64,000 nt of DNA from Octopus vulgaris (taxonomy: Eukaryota): NCBI GenBank assembly GCA_951406725.2, contig OX597815.1, positions 168,640,001 to 168,704,000 of the forward strand, written 5' to 3'. The translations under genes and the position numbers were made by a program. Positions 51,684-64,000 of the stretch are shown here, piece after piece (the stretch's first letter is position 1; each line of letters opens with the position of its first letter). Below the pieces are notes generated by a model. The model saw nothing but the letters and a program-made list of their open reading frames with translations, searched no databases and was not told the DNA's origin.

Positions 51684-52482
51684 ATATACATATGTATAAT
51701 ATACAATATATACAAAATCTCTTCTCACCAGGTTGGATTGATTAAATTCATTTGTGGAAAATCAGTGTAAGAAACTCCAAAGGCGAGCTATCAGGAATTA
51801 TCTTAAAATAGCCTCCTTGTCATTCATTTGTATCTGCTGCTAATACCAAACTACATTTACCTACTTTTCATGTTCGAATGAATTTTACTATAACTGACTA
51901 TAAGTGAGTGAATGAATAACTATTGACTGAATGAATGAAGGAATAAATGAATGAATGAATGAATATTTCCATTCTCATAGTTGAAGGTCGAAGCTGCACA
52001 TCCAACCGCCGTTTTTTTTTTGCCGTACACTGAAATTTCATGCTGTCGTCAGGTTTTGATGACATCAGTCCATCTCATTTACATCTTTGTTGTCTGCGAA
52101 CTCGTTTTTCGATTTACGCCTGACTAATAACATATACAGTAAACTATTCCATTGACTTCTACATAAGATGTTGCAGCAGTTCTTCCCCTTCGTCCGGCCA
52201 GAATTAGAACTAGGTGTCCCTAAATGCTGTTTATTCCTTTAATAAAAAAGAAAAATACGACTCCCCGCTCTCTTCCCCTTCTCTTCCCCCTTCTCTCTTC
52301 CCCCCTCGCCCCCTCTCTCTTCCTCTTCTCTCTTCTCCCGCCCCCTCTCTCTCTAGATACGTGTGTGTGTGTGTGCATCTATTATTATAATTAAGGGTAA
52401 AATCTACTTAGGATTTTGTCAAGTAGCTAGCATGCAAGAAGCCATTTAGGTAAAAATTAATACAATATTTTATAAATATAAT

Positions 52483-52638
52483 TATAATAAGGGCAACAGC
52501 TGAGTAGCGCCACATGCTAGAAGTAGACGCCAAGTGGCTATAAAACTACCTTATGCATCACATAGACACTAGCTGATAGTTTTAGAGCCATTTGGCGTCT
52601 ACTTCTAGCATGTAGCGTTACTCAGTAGTTACCCTTAT

Positions 52639-52642
<4 letters not shown>
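52483..52642. repeat. Inverted repeat with ~65-bp arms beside (CA)n
   Basis: tataataagggcaacagctgagtagcgccacatgctagaagtagacgccaa pairs with ttggcgtctacttctagcatgtagcgttactcagtagttacccttattata. Confidence 0.88.
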
Positions 52643-52685
<43 letters not shown>

Positions 52686-53289
52686 TCCTCCTCTCGAGGC
52701 TCTTTTTCTTTTCTTTTATGTATTTTTCTTCACTCTGATGAAGCTCCATAATCCAGATCTGATGTGGTATAAAATATGACGAATATTATTCTCAGAATTT
52801 TCTTTGGCATCACTGTGGGACATTGGAAGCAGAAACGGTTGTTAGATGGGGTGCCCGGTCATGTTGGAGGACGCTACGGCGAGCATGGAAGCTGCGGGCG
52901 CGAAACTGGGAGAAGCCGACTGCAGTTGCAACAACCTCATGTACAGGCATTGCTGACATTTTGCATGGGCAATGGTCAGTGATGGTTATCCTTGGTCACG
53001 AATGGAGAGCCATCAACGCGCACACACAAACGCACACATAAACACACATACATGTATGGTATTTGCTAAATATGCATTTGTCTATGTCGCTCAAATACAT
53101 GTCACTGGTCACTAAGTTATATTTCTTAGCTCAATTTTGCTTAAATTACGCTAGTTACGTAAGCCATAAATATTTTCCACTCTTGAGCGCGCGCGTGTGT
53201 GTGTAAGTTTAAGTACATTGGTTACTGGAAATAAGATTTCAAATAATTAAAATTAGAAAGGAACGAACGATCATATATACATACATGAT

Positions 53290-56200
53290 GATTGCTTCAT
53301 CTTGAGAAATGATAGCCGTCCCATCAACGCACACACCACACCTCATCACATATTACAATCACTCAGCTGCTGCCTGACAGGGTTTAAAACCCAAGTGATA
53401 GATATTATTTAAGGTTCTTCTATATTTTTGCCATTTGGAATCTGATTCTGAAGGGATGTTTTTGTGAACTAGCATATGTCTTTTAAGTCCAGATATTGTC
53501 TTACAAGTTTTTTGACATGTGACACACGTTGTAAGAGGAGTTTGTTTTCCAGGATCATTACCTATTTAGGCATTACGATTTTCATGTGACTACATATGGT
53601 TCAGGTATCCTGCTTTTGACAACAGAACACGGTCACATATAATACATATCTAATGTTCACTGTTGATTACAGTTCTAATTGTTCCTTCGCGACAGACCCT
53701 TTTAAGTTCAGAGTGCTGAATCATCTTTTTCTCCCAGGCATTACAACCAGTCCTAACGGCACCTCTCCACTTGTCCCGATCTAGAACATCATTTTCCCAA
53801 TCACTTTTGTTCATATCTAGTTTCTTCAGGTTTTCCTTCACACAGTCTTTATATCTTTTCCTCGGTTTATGTTGTGGTCGCTTACCAGAGTTGAGCTAAC
53901 CATAAAAGAGACGCTTTAGCAAACACTTGTCTTTCATTCTAATAGCATATCCAGTCTATCTCATTTGAGCCAAGATAACATGCTCAACTGAGCTGCAATG
54001 TGCCATGCGCAAAACCTCTGTATCTGGTATGAATCATTCCCACTTGACTTCTTAGATATATCTGAGGCACTTTTGATGGAATCTCTCTAGCATTTTTATG
54101 TGACGCTTGTAAGTGATCCATGTTTCACTTGAATACAGAAGTGCAGACGATAAACACGATTGATAGATACTGATTTTTGTCTGCAGGGTAATGCCTCTAT
54201 CCGCCCATACTCGCTTTTCGAGCTTTCCAAATGTAACACTCCCCTTCCCAATTCGATAGTACATCTGTGCATCAAGACTACCATCTCTTGACAGTGTGCT
54301 TCCTAGGTAAACAAAGGTGTCAACGACTTCAAACCTTGTTCCATTCACAAAAATGTTTGGTTCAGGATGTTTGTCCTGGTACGAGAGTAAACATTACTTT
54401 GGTTTTCCCCAAACTAATTGTGAGTCCGAAATGTACACATTAAATGTTGCATATCCCCCTCTGAGTGTGCCAACAAATCAGCATCATCAGCATAAAGTAA
54501 TTCTCTAACAAGTATTTTGAAAGTCTTTGCTTTGCAGTTAAACCGGGTCAAATTAAAAATACGACCAGATGTCCGAAATCTGATTCCGATTCCCCTGTTG
54601 TGATCCTTGAAAGCATACCAAAGTAATGCAGCAAAATAAATGGAGAAAAGTTTAGGGACAGGAATATCTCCCTGTTTGACACCGTTGTCCACCGAAAATT
54701 CATGAGATAGCTCACCATTAAAGACTATTTGAGCTTTCATGTTTCTATATAGTTCCTTAAAAATTCTCACAAAATGTGTTGGGCAACCAAGTTTACACAA
54801 AACAATCCACAGTGCCTCCCTGTTTACCATGTCAAATGCCTTAGTTAAATCTATGAAAACCTGGTATAGTAGCATTTATTCCTCTAAGCATTTCTCTTGA
54901 ACCTGCTTCACAGAAAATATCATGTCCATTGTTCTTCGCTCAGGTCTGAAACCACACTGTTCTTCAGGAATCCCATGTGGACGCACATTCTCAACAAGAC
55001 GATCTGACATGATCCTTGAAAGTATCTTCCCGGTATGTCCCAGAAGAGTTATCCCTCTAGAATTATCATACACTGCTTTCGGGCCCTTACCCTTGTGTAC
55101 AGAGATTAGAATGCCATTTATCAATTCTTGTGGCACAGAAGATTCATTCCAAACACGAGTTATCAGGTTATGAATTTCAGACGAAATACGATCCTCACCT
55201 ACTTTCAGTATTTGAACTGGAATACTATCCAATCCAGGAGCTTTATCTGATCTCAGTTTACATAATGCCAGATTTACTTCTTCAATGGAAGGTGTATCAT
55301 CCATATCACTCTTTGCGGAATGTTATTTATGATGTCCATGTTTACTACAGACGGATTGTGGAAAAGATCTGCAGAGTGTTCTCTCCATCTATTCATTATT
55401 CGAAGAGGATCTTTAATAACCTCATTTCCATCTTTCGACTTCAAGGGAACATATGATGATGAAGATTGCTGTCCAAAAGCTTACCGCAATAAACTATAGA
55501 AACTTTTAATGTCATTCTTGTCATAGGCTGTCTGTACTTCCTCAGACAAATTTCTCCACCAAGTGTCTTTAAGCCTCCTGAGTTGTTTTTGCAAGTCTGC
55601 TTTCAGAGACTTTTTTAGTTGTACTTTCTTCTTAACGTTTGGGTCAAGAAGCTTTTCATGAGTGGACGTCTTTGTTGCTAAAAGCTCATTTATCACTGTA
55701 TCATTGGAATCAAACCAGTCTCATTGTTGTCTCCTCTTAAAACCTAACACCTCTGATCTCACTTTATATATTCCATCACGGAAAGATTGCCATGAACATT
55801 CAAAACGAACACTGCAAAACTTGTGGTTGTTTTAGCTGCTCTACATCAATTTTCTTTGGTACCTGTACACCAGCGCTACGAATCTTCTTACGGACCCTGA
55901 ACTAGAACTTGGCTCTAACCATTTTGTGATCAGTATCACAAAACAGCACCTCGCAATACTCTGAGACAGCACAAATCTTGTAAGTCAGCTTTTCGAGTTA
56001 ATACAAAGTCAATTATGCGACCTTGCTTTGATCTTGGGTGAATCTATGTAACTTTGTTTCATTTTCTGATGAAAGAAAGTATTCTCAACAATCAACCGTA
56101 GCTCAGAGCACATTTGTAGCAGATGCAACCCATTGTTGTTCACTTTTCCTATTCCATAACGCCCAAGTACATTCCAGGCACTATAGTCTCTACCAACACA

Positions 56201-57435
56201 TGCATTAAAGTCACCAAGCACAACCAGCTTCTCATTCAAAGGAAGTGATAGAATACTTCTAAGCTCCTCATAAAATGCATGGATATTTTCCTCACGAGCT
56301 GAAAATGTAGAAGCATAAATAGAGAAAACAGTTACAAAACATACACAAGAAAGAGGGATCCGGAGTTTCATTATACGTGTATTTATGCTTTGTGGTTGTT
56401 TTAGGTCTTTTAGCAAATCACTAAACATCACCTTCCCTTTTCTCTCCCTTCGGCTTCCCAACCCAGAATAATGTGAAACCTGCCACTCTTTCGACAAGAT
56501 GATCTTCATCTGAACATCTTGTTTCAGACAGATCTGCAATATCAACATTAAGACGCCTTAGCTCCTTAGTTACTAGAGCTGTTCTTTCTGGTCTATCTGC
56601 TCGATCTAAAAGAGTTCTCACATTCCAACAGGCCAGGTTAAGAGAAATCTTATTCCTTGCAAACTTGTTATCATTGTTTATATCAAATCTTTGTTCATTC
56701 CTGCTAAATTGAACCACCGTTAGCCGCAGTAAACTAACCAGCAGAGAGAGGACAGACAAATTTTAGTGCACCTTTTCTAGCACCTTCCGAGTATATCCAG
56801 GTGAGCAGTGTTCTCCTTAAAAAGGCTGCTCAGACACAGGATTCTCTACCGAAAACCGTTCCTGTCCATGAAAACATGTTAGCAATGTTAAAATAAGAAC
56901 CCTGCCGCCTTATGTGCAAATTTGTAACTGTATGCTTCCAACCAGTTAAGTCTGCATACGTCACCACGCTTCTATCGCCATAGGGCTTTTGAAAAGTGAT
57001 GATTGTACGACGATGGTCTTTTGTCGGGGACATCTGTTCTTCATTGGATTTCAGTGACAAACGCGTGTACAACACCATTGCCACTCCCTGGGTCAAAAAT
57101 AGTAGATTCAGTAACAAGCAAAGCAAGATGACTAGTACTATCTTGACTGCAGGTTTTATATCGGAGTACCTTCTCCTAGGCTTCTCCTCAAAAGGATACG
57201 GTAAACCAGCAGTGGTAGGTCAATTTGAATTCAGAGCTTTATTCTCCTATACTGGTTGTCCTGATTACGGCTTCGTTTGAAAACAGGAGCCCAGTCTGCC
57301 CCATCAACAGTCACGGCTTTGACAGTGCAGTCAGTTAAGGGACTGTCATTACCATGACCTGGTTTTATGTCAGTGTCCCTCTCCTAGAAGAGTTGTCTTC
57401 ATCACGGCTAATGAGCCTCATCTGCACTCCCCACA
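53290..57435 (-). mobile_element. Near full-length decayed RTE-clade LINE (APE + RT + C-terminal C2H2-like fingers)
   Basis: Collinear broken ORFs: LACWNVRTLLD, LSETR, LGDFNA (endonuclease); KAPGLD, RGITLL, QCGFR, FIDLTKAFD, GVKQGD, YADD, FVYLGS (RT); many stops and frameshifts. Ends approximate. Confidence 0.93.
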
Positions 57436-57437
57436 AT

Positions 57438-57531
57438 ATGTATGTATGTATGTATGTACATGTATGTATGTATGTATGTATGTATGTATGTATGTATGTA
57501 TGTATGTATGTATGTATGTATGTATGTATGT
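57438..57531. repeat. (TATG)n microsatellite
   Basis: Read directly from the sequence. Confidence 0.97.
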
Positions 57532-57570
57532 AGATATATATACATATGTACACATTTTAAAAAATACACG

Positions 57571-57602
<32 letters not shown>

Positions 57603-57644
57603 AAATTTACAATTTTTACAATATAAAAATGTTGTTTTTTTTTA

Positions 57645-58922
57645 TTGGGTTGGCAACTAAGTTCCCGCTGTTTTTTTAAATTTTGGAATTTATTGCATTT
57701 TTAAATTTTGGAATCTATTTTTTTTCCGAGAATTCTATTTTTGAATCATTTTGGAATCTATTTTGTTTTTCCTAGTTAATTTTAGTTAATTTTTGTTTAT
57801 TTTCAGATCATTAAAATGGAATGTCAAATTAAGAAAAACGAGCATATTCGACACCTCCTTTTCGCTTTTAATCAAGGTTCTAAGGCCGCAAAAGCTGCTC
57901 GCGACATTTGTGCTGTGTATGGAGAGGGCGCCATAGCTGAAAGAACCGCTCGTGATTGGTGTGCCAAGTTCAAAAATGGAAATTTTGACCTCAAAGACGC
58001 ACCTCGTTCTGGCCGTCCAGTTGAGTTCGATGAAGAACGATTAAACCAATTTTGGCACGAAAATTCTCGGCAGACGACAAGGGAACTGGCAGAGAAAATG
58101 GAATGCTCCTACACTGCTATAGAGAAGCATCTTCACTCGATGGGAAAGGTTCAGAAGTATGGAGCATGGGTTTCGCATGCTTTAAGTGACAACAACAAAA
58201 ATCAACGAGCCAGTATCTCCGCTGGTTTGCTTGCTCGTCACCGCTCAACTCATGGACACAAGCAACGATTTCTTTACCGAATCGTTACTGGTGACGAAAA
58301 ATGGTGCCTGTACATCAATATGAAGCGGCGTAAGGAATGGCTTAGCCCCGGTAAACAAGAGTCACCGCTTGTAAAACAAGATCATCTACATAAAACGATG
58401 TTGTGCGTATGGTGGGAATGGGAAGGGATTATCCATTACGAATTGCTTGAACGGAACCAAACGATCAATGCTGAACTCTACGTTCAACAGATGGAACGAC
58501 TCAACACGGCTATTCAAGAGAAAAGACCTAATCGGCAGCATGGAGTTCTTCTGCTGCACGACAACACCCGCCCTCATATCGCCAGTATGACCAAGGAAGC
58601 CATTCAAACGCACGGCTGGGAAGTGCTGCCACATCCGCCGTACTCTCCTGATTTTGACACCAACGGATTCGACCTTTCTCAAATGCTATGCGCAGAGTTT
58701 CGTTCAATACTGCTGCAGAATTGAGAGCTTGATTGGATCAATTTTTCGAGTCGAAATTGGATGATTTGTACCAACGAGGTATTGAAAATCTTGTTGAACG
58801 TTGGGAAGAAGTTGTAAACAACAAGGTTATTGATTAATTAGTTGTTATTTTTTTATTTTTAAACCTTTGAAAAAATTTAAATTAAAAAAAAAAAACGGCG
58901 GGAATTTTTGTTACCAACCCAA
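57645..58922 (+). mobile_element. Full-length mariner element (1278 bp)
   Basis: TIRs ttgggttggcaactaagttcccgctgtttttt and aaaaaacggcgggaatttttgttaccaacccaa; TA target duplication. Confidence 0.95.
57816..58724 (+). pseudogene. Mariner transposase, frameshifted after YSPD
   Basis: PRSGRP, WVSHAL (WVPHEL), VTGDEKW, HDNTRPH, HPPYSPD, then off-frame; the normal C-terminus (GIENLVERWEEVV) lies downstream of the ORF stop. Confidence 0.9.
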
Positions 58923-59366
58923 TATTTATAAAAATATATAAATACATAGATAAATAAATAAATTCACTATTAAAACTATAAATAAAATAAAATAATGATA
59001 TTAATATATATATAAATATATAAAAGATATATAAAAAAATCTAAAAAGATATATATATATATATATATATACAAATATACACACAGGCACACACACACAC
59101 ACACACACACACAAACACGCGTGCGCGCGTGCACACACACACACACACATGTACACATAATGCTGGATAGCCGTTGACTACACATGTTCTTCCGCACTTC
59201 GTTCTTTTCTCTTTTCGTTTTTACTCGTGTTTTTTTTTAATTGTTTGTTCACTGAATAATTGACTATATATATATATATTGTTTGTGCTTCCTTTACTTG
59301 ATCTCTCAACTGTGAAGTCAACTTATACAACTCTTTTTAACGTTTTCGGGGAAAAGACAATGCCCT

Positions 59367-59523
59367 AAGTAGCGTAGCGAGGTGGTGGTCCGCCCCTGGC
59401 GACGCTTTTATGAAGGAAGTACTTTTGGGTCTTTGGTATTAGTCTGCATAGGCTTAAGGGCTTGTATGGGGGAGGCAAATACAAGGGCTACCCCGGATGG
59501 AACGCACTCTAGCTTCGACACTG
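59367..59523. mobile_element. hAT-type MITE
   Basis: agtagcgtagc...gcttcgacactg termini; near-duplicated 8-mers aatgccct/aatgccta. Confidence 0.65.
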
Positions 59524-59772
59524 AATGCCTATGAAACTCTTGAGGGCCGCTGAGTCGGTGGGAGAAAGAGTGGGAGTCCTAGGCTAAATTCATGCAACAG
59601 AATGAACTCCGATGAAGGCACGTAGGGGCCAGGTGACGATGGTGGTGCTAAACTTAAAGAAGGATTAAGTCTACAATCCAGATTGGTCACAAGAGAACGT
59701 GAAGAGCCGGAAGAAATTCGCAAGGTATTTTGTCCGACACTCGGACGATTCTACCAATCTACCGCCCGTATC

Positions 59773-59933
59773 CAGTAGCGTAGCTAGAGGAAGGGAGTGT
59801 AGGGGGGTCAGCCCCAGGCGACGCTTTTATAGCGGCGGCCCTGTTGGGTCTGCTGAATAAGCTTGTATAGGAGACGGGGGCAAGACAAACTCAAAAACTG
59901 CTGTGAGTAGCACACATTCTAGCTATGTCACTG
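59773..59933. mobile_element. hAT-type MITE
   Basis: cagtagcgtagctaga...tctagctatgtcactg; 8-bp TSD cccgtatc/cccgcatt. Confidence 0.75.
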
Positions 59934-60720
59934 CCCGCATTGGAAACAATAATAATATGATAAAGGTTTCTGATTTTGGCACAGGGCCAGAAAATGTTAA
60001 GGGAATGGGATTAGTCGATACTAACGACTCCAGTATATTACTGGTACTTTATTTTATCGAATTCACCCCCATGAAAGGATGAAAAGCAAAGATGACTTCA
60101 GTGGCGTTCAATCTCAGAAGTCGAAGAGTTGGAATAAACAGAGTAAGGCATTTTCCCGACGCTCTAACGATTCTGCCAGCTCATTGCCCTTTTGATAGGA
60201 AAAGTTGACCTCGTAAGAAGCCGGATCAAATACTGCAAGACATCTTTGTCTGATGCTCTAATAATAACTCTGCCAGGAATTTTGAAAGGAAAGGGACAAA
60301 CTGATTACATCGACCCCTGTATCATTTTATTGAAAGGACGAAAGGCAGAGTTGACTACGGTAAATTTGAACTCCGAATGAAAAGGCGGAGTAAATGACGT
60401 TACGCATTTTGTCCGGCGTGCTTACAATTCACTCAGCTCATAGTCTTTGCAAGTGCTAATATCAATTCTTTCTAATTTTGGCAGTAAGGCCAGCAATTGG
60501 TACTTATTTTACCGACCCTGACAAGATGAAAGGCAAAGTCAACCTCGGCAGAATTTGAACTCAGAAAATAAAGACGGACGAAATAACGCTAAGCATTTTC
60601 CCTGGTGTGCTAACGATTCTGCCATCTCACTGCCTTTGCCCAGCACTGATAATAATGGCTTCAAATTTTGGCGTAACGCTAGTAATTTCGAGTGAGGTGG
60701 GTAAGTCGATAACATCAACC

Positions 60721-60846
60721 CACTAGCGTAGCTAGAGTGTGAGCTACCCGGGGCGGCCCCTCCGTTTGCCGCCCCAGACCCCACAAAAAACACATATTAC
60801 CTACAGCAGACCCAAAAGTGCCGCCCGGGCACTAGCTACGTTAGTG
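60721..60846. mobile_element. hAT-type MITE nested in a SINE
   Basis: cactagcgtagctag...ctagctacgttagtg; 8-bp TSD catcaacc/catcaatc. Confidence 0.8.
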
Positions 60847-61370
60847 CATCAATCCCAGTGCTCAACTGGTAATTATTTCATCGACCCCGAATGGATGTAA
60901 GGCGAAGTCGAACTCAGCGGAATTTGAACTCAGAACGACGACGACGGAAGTTGAATTCAGAACGGAGCGACGGGTGAAATGCCACTTAGCATTTAGATCT
61001 GTAAAGAATTGTGACAAAGAACATTAATTGTAAGAAACATAGAAGGAAGTATTGATATATTTTGTTGAATGCTTTGATCCGAAGGTTAATGTAAGAAGCA
61101 GGAAGACTTCATAACCTCTTATCTTTATTTTATGTTTGACTAGTTTCATTTATTAGACTGCGGTCATGTTGGAGTATTGAAGGGGTTTAGTTGAACAAAT
61201 CGAAGCCCAGCTTTTTTTTGTTGCTTTTTTGCTTTTGTAAACCGGTACTTATTCTATTGGTCTCTTTTTGCTGAAGCGTTAATTTACAGAGACATAAAAA
61301 AGAAAAAGACTAGTACCAGTTGTCAAGCGGTAGTAGGAGACAAATACAAAGACACACATACTTATATATA

Positions 61371-62199
61371 CAGGGTGCAGTGGGTAAATTGTTGCCATTT
61401 TATATTTTTAATTTTGTGCGTGCGCATTCTTTGTTTTTGATTTTGTCGACTACACAGTATAGTAGGGTCAGTTGGGCACCGTCTATCAGAAAAAAAAACT
61501 GCATCATGATGCATTTCACTCTGCCAGGAATTTGGAAACGACATGCTGTACTGCTTGGCATTCGTGCCGGAAGCTGCAATTCGAAGCGCCAGAAGCTCCA
61601 ATACGAACATTTTAGAGTGTTTGAGTGTCAATCTAAGGACAGTGCAATCTAAGGACATGTACCGAGAGTGATGAAAATCAGACATCCAGTCAAAGTGATG
61701 GTGTTTGGGGTGATCACTAGTGATGGCGAAGTTATGCCTCCATTCATCTTCCCACTCTGCCTCACACTTAACACGAGTGCCTGGAGGAGGTAGTGCTGTC
61801 CTGGGTCAAGAGGGTGGCTGCTGGAAGATCCTATGTCTGGCAACAAGACTCTGCACCATGCCACACAAGCAGGAGAACCCAGTCACGGCTGTCAGACAAT
61901 TTCTACGACCATGTCATCCCTACTATCTGGCCCCATCACAGCGAGAGACCAACAAAACTCCTTGTAACACCAAAGATGAACTGAAGGCAAGGATTATGGT
62001 AGCATTCACCAACTTAAACAAGGAGATCGGCCAAAAGAGTTGCAGGACATTCCGAAGTCGTCTGGAGGCCGTGGTTGAAGCCAATGTCGATTTTATTGAA
62101 TAAATTTACTCTTTAGTTAGTAAATATATGTTAAAATGAGATGTCGGTGTTGGTTTCATTTTTGCGTAACTTAGACGACAGTTTATTTGCCACACCCTG
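61371..62199 (+). mobile_element. Deleted Tc1/mariner-superfamily (maT-like) element
   Basis: TA|cagggtg...caccctg|TA termini; remnants HPVKVMVFGVITSDG, WQQDSAPCHTS, FRSRLEAVVEAN.DFIE*. Confidence 0.85.
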
Positions 62200-62226
62200 T
62201 ATATATCTATAGCTATGTATCTACAA

Positions 62227-62311
<85 letters not shown>
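62227..62311. repeat. (ATCT)n microsatellite
   Basis: Read directly from the sequence. Confidence 0.97.
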
Positions 62312-62312
<1 letters not shown>

Positions 62313-62431
62313 TTCTCTCTCCCTCTTTGTATATATATATATAGTTGCATATGTATACATATATAAGCCAACACTAATAGATCGACACATGCAATGACAT
62401 ACATACATATGTGATATGTGCAAACACATAT

Positions 62432-62738
62432 CACGTGATCACAAGACCGACCGGGCTATCAGATGTTGCTACACATCGCTGGTCACAATGCGCTTCGCAT
62501 TGTTTTAGCCTTCAAATGACGCCACCCCGCTGGCTAAGCGAGCAGGCCAACAGAAGAAAGAGTGAGAGAAAGTTGTGACGAAAGAGTACAGAGGGATCGC
62601 CCCCCCCTTCCTGCCGGAGCTTCGTGGAGCTTTAGGTGTTTTCGCTCAATAAACACTCACAACACCCGGTCTGGGAATAGAAACCGCGATCCTACGACCG
62701 CGAGTCAGCTGCCCTAACCACTGGGTTATTGCGTCTCC
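62432..62738 (-). mobile_element. Second tRNA-derived SINE family
   Basis: Minus-strand head ggagacgcaataacccagtggttagggcagctgactcgcggtcgtaggatcgcggtttctattccc (A/B boxes); partial tail copy at 62905-63000. Confidence 0.75.
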
Positions 62739-63027
62739 ACGCAAACACATATATGCATGACAAACTAGTTGATATTGTCTGTATTCCAATGAAAGAACAT
62801 TGTTTCTGGGTTGAAAATTATTCTTCACACCAATATGGTGAAACATATTTTTTAATACTGCCAGAACTAACATACATACATTACATATCACTTTATCACT
62901 GTATCGACCAGACTATCGTGTGTTGCTATACACTGCTAGTCACAATGCAGTTTCTTGCATTGCTGTTGCTTTCTAATGAAGCCACCCCGCTTGGCTTGGC
63001 GGTTAGATCAACATTCCCTTTGAACAG

Positions 63028-63265
63028 AATACCTATTTCTTTACTACCCACAAGGGGCTAAACACAGAGAGGACAAACAAGGACAGACAAATGGATTAAG
63101 TCGATTATATCGACCCCAGTGCTTAACTGGTAGTTATTTAATCGACCCCGAAAGGATGAAAGGCAAAGTCGACCTCGGCGGAATTTGAGCTCAGAACGTA
63201 GAGACGGGCGAAATACGGCTACGCATTTCGCCCGGCGTGTTAACGTTTCTGCCAGATCGCCGCCT
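63028..63265 (-). mobile_element. tRNA-derived SINE, same family as 51453
   Basis: Close reverse complement of 51453-51683. Confidence 0.85.
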
Positions 63266-63412
63266 ATGAACAGAATATCAGTTCATCGCAGGGTTAGTCA
63301 TGGGTAAACTGAAACAATGATAAATGAAGTGTTTCGCTCAAGAACACAACGCACCGGTATGCGAGTCGAAACTATGATCTTACGATCGTGAGGGCAACAT
63401 TGTAACAACCTT

Positions 63413-63444
<32 letters not shown>

Positions 63445-64000
63445 TGTATTATGTGTGTATTCTTAGGTATGTATACATACATGCATACAAAGGAACAGAG
63501 ATACATAAAAACCTAACTGCGTGAAATTTGAGACCGTCAGTACAAGCAGAAACAAGAACTGTCAGTTACGTATTAAAAATTCAAATTCAGATTAACACTA
63601 GGAAAGCGGAGAACGTTAAACTATTTATTTATGACCTTAACCCAGTCTACCAGACCTTCACCAGAACACAGACATACAGCGTCTGAGAAAATAAAAAGGA
63701 CAAAAATGATTGAAAAGCTTATCATATCATGATGAATGTAAGCAGTTCAACAAAAATATTAAAATATACATATTGAGGCTGGATTTACTGCCAAACATTT
63801 ATACTCATTCCAGACAAGAGAAGCGCTACAAGGCTATCAAAGACCTTTGTACCAGAACTGTAAAGTTGGGCTGTCCATAGATCCATGGTTCAAAGCTTAT
63901 CACCAGATAAAACTTTTTTGGGGATCTTTTCGGTTTGAACGGCAGTTTTTAACATAATTTCTAGGTAACTAAAAAATTTTAAACTTCGTATACTGGTAGA

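Larger units (their letters stand above)
59690..61000 (-). mobile_element. Co-oriented array of decayed copies of the same SINE
   Basis: About five or more partial recurrences of ggatgaaaggcaaagtc..ctc.gc.gaatttgaactc and taacgattctgcca. Confidence 0.75.

Noticed and set aside
52730-52800. CTGATGA boxes as a hammerhead or C/D snoRNA
   Set aside because: No properly placed GAAA/UH with pairing stems, and no terminal stem.

Overview
AT-rich eukaryotic (metazoan) genomic DNA. The repeat content suggests a cephalopod, probably Octopus; this is an inference from repeat style, not a lookup. Two convergent spliced genes can be assembled by hand. (1) The 3' part of a + strand matrin/U1-type C2H2 zinc-finger gene (PEP/Matrin-3/ZNF638/CIZ1-like): 10 exons from about 532 to 28073, phase-consistent, with three fingers and an acidic plus RS/RG tail. 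(2) A - strand DHHC palmitoyltransferase gene, ZDHHC24-like, 283 aa, with two coding exons (49758-49418, 44551-44041). The rest is transposon-derived: a near full-length decayed RTE LINE, many RTE 3' ends with ~67-bp tandem units, a CR1-like fragment, a mariner, two Tc1/maT-like deletion derivatives, piggyBac-type (TTAA) and hAT-type MITEs, Helitron-like elements and tRNA-derived SINEs. The most interesting signal is non-coding: three type I minimal hammerhead ribozyme folds in introns. One (U3-A8 core variant) lies in a 362-nt unit with a 43-nt terminal redundancy, resembling a retrozyme or Penelope pseudo-LTR. The other two form the arms of a ~410-bp foldback in the ZDHHC intron. They belong to a set of sequence-unrelated foldback insertions beside (TA)n tracts.
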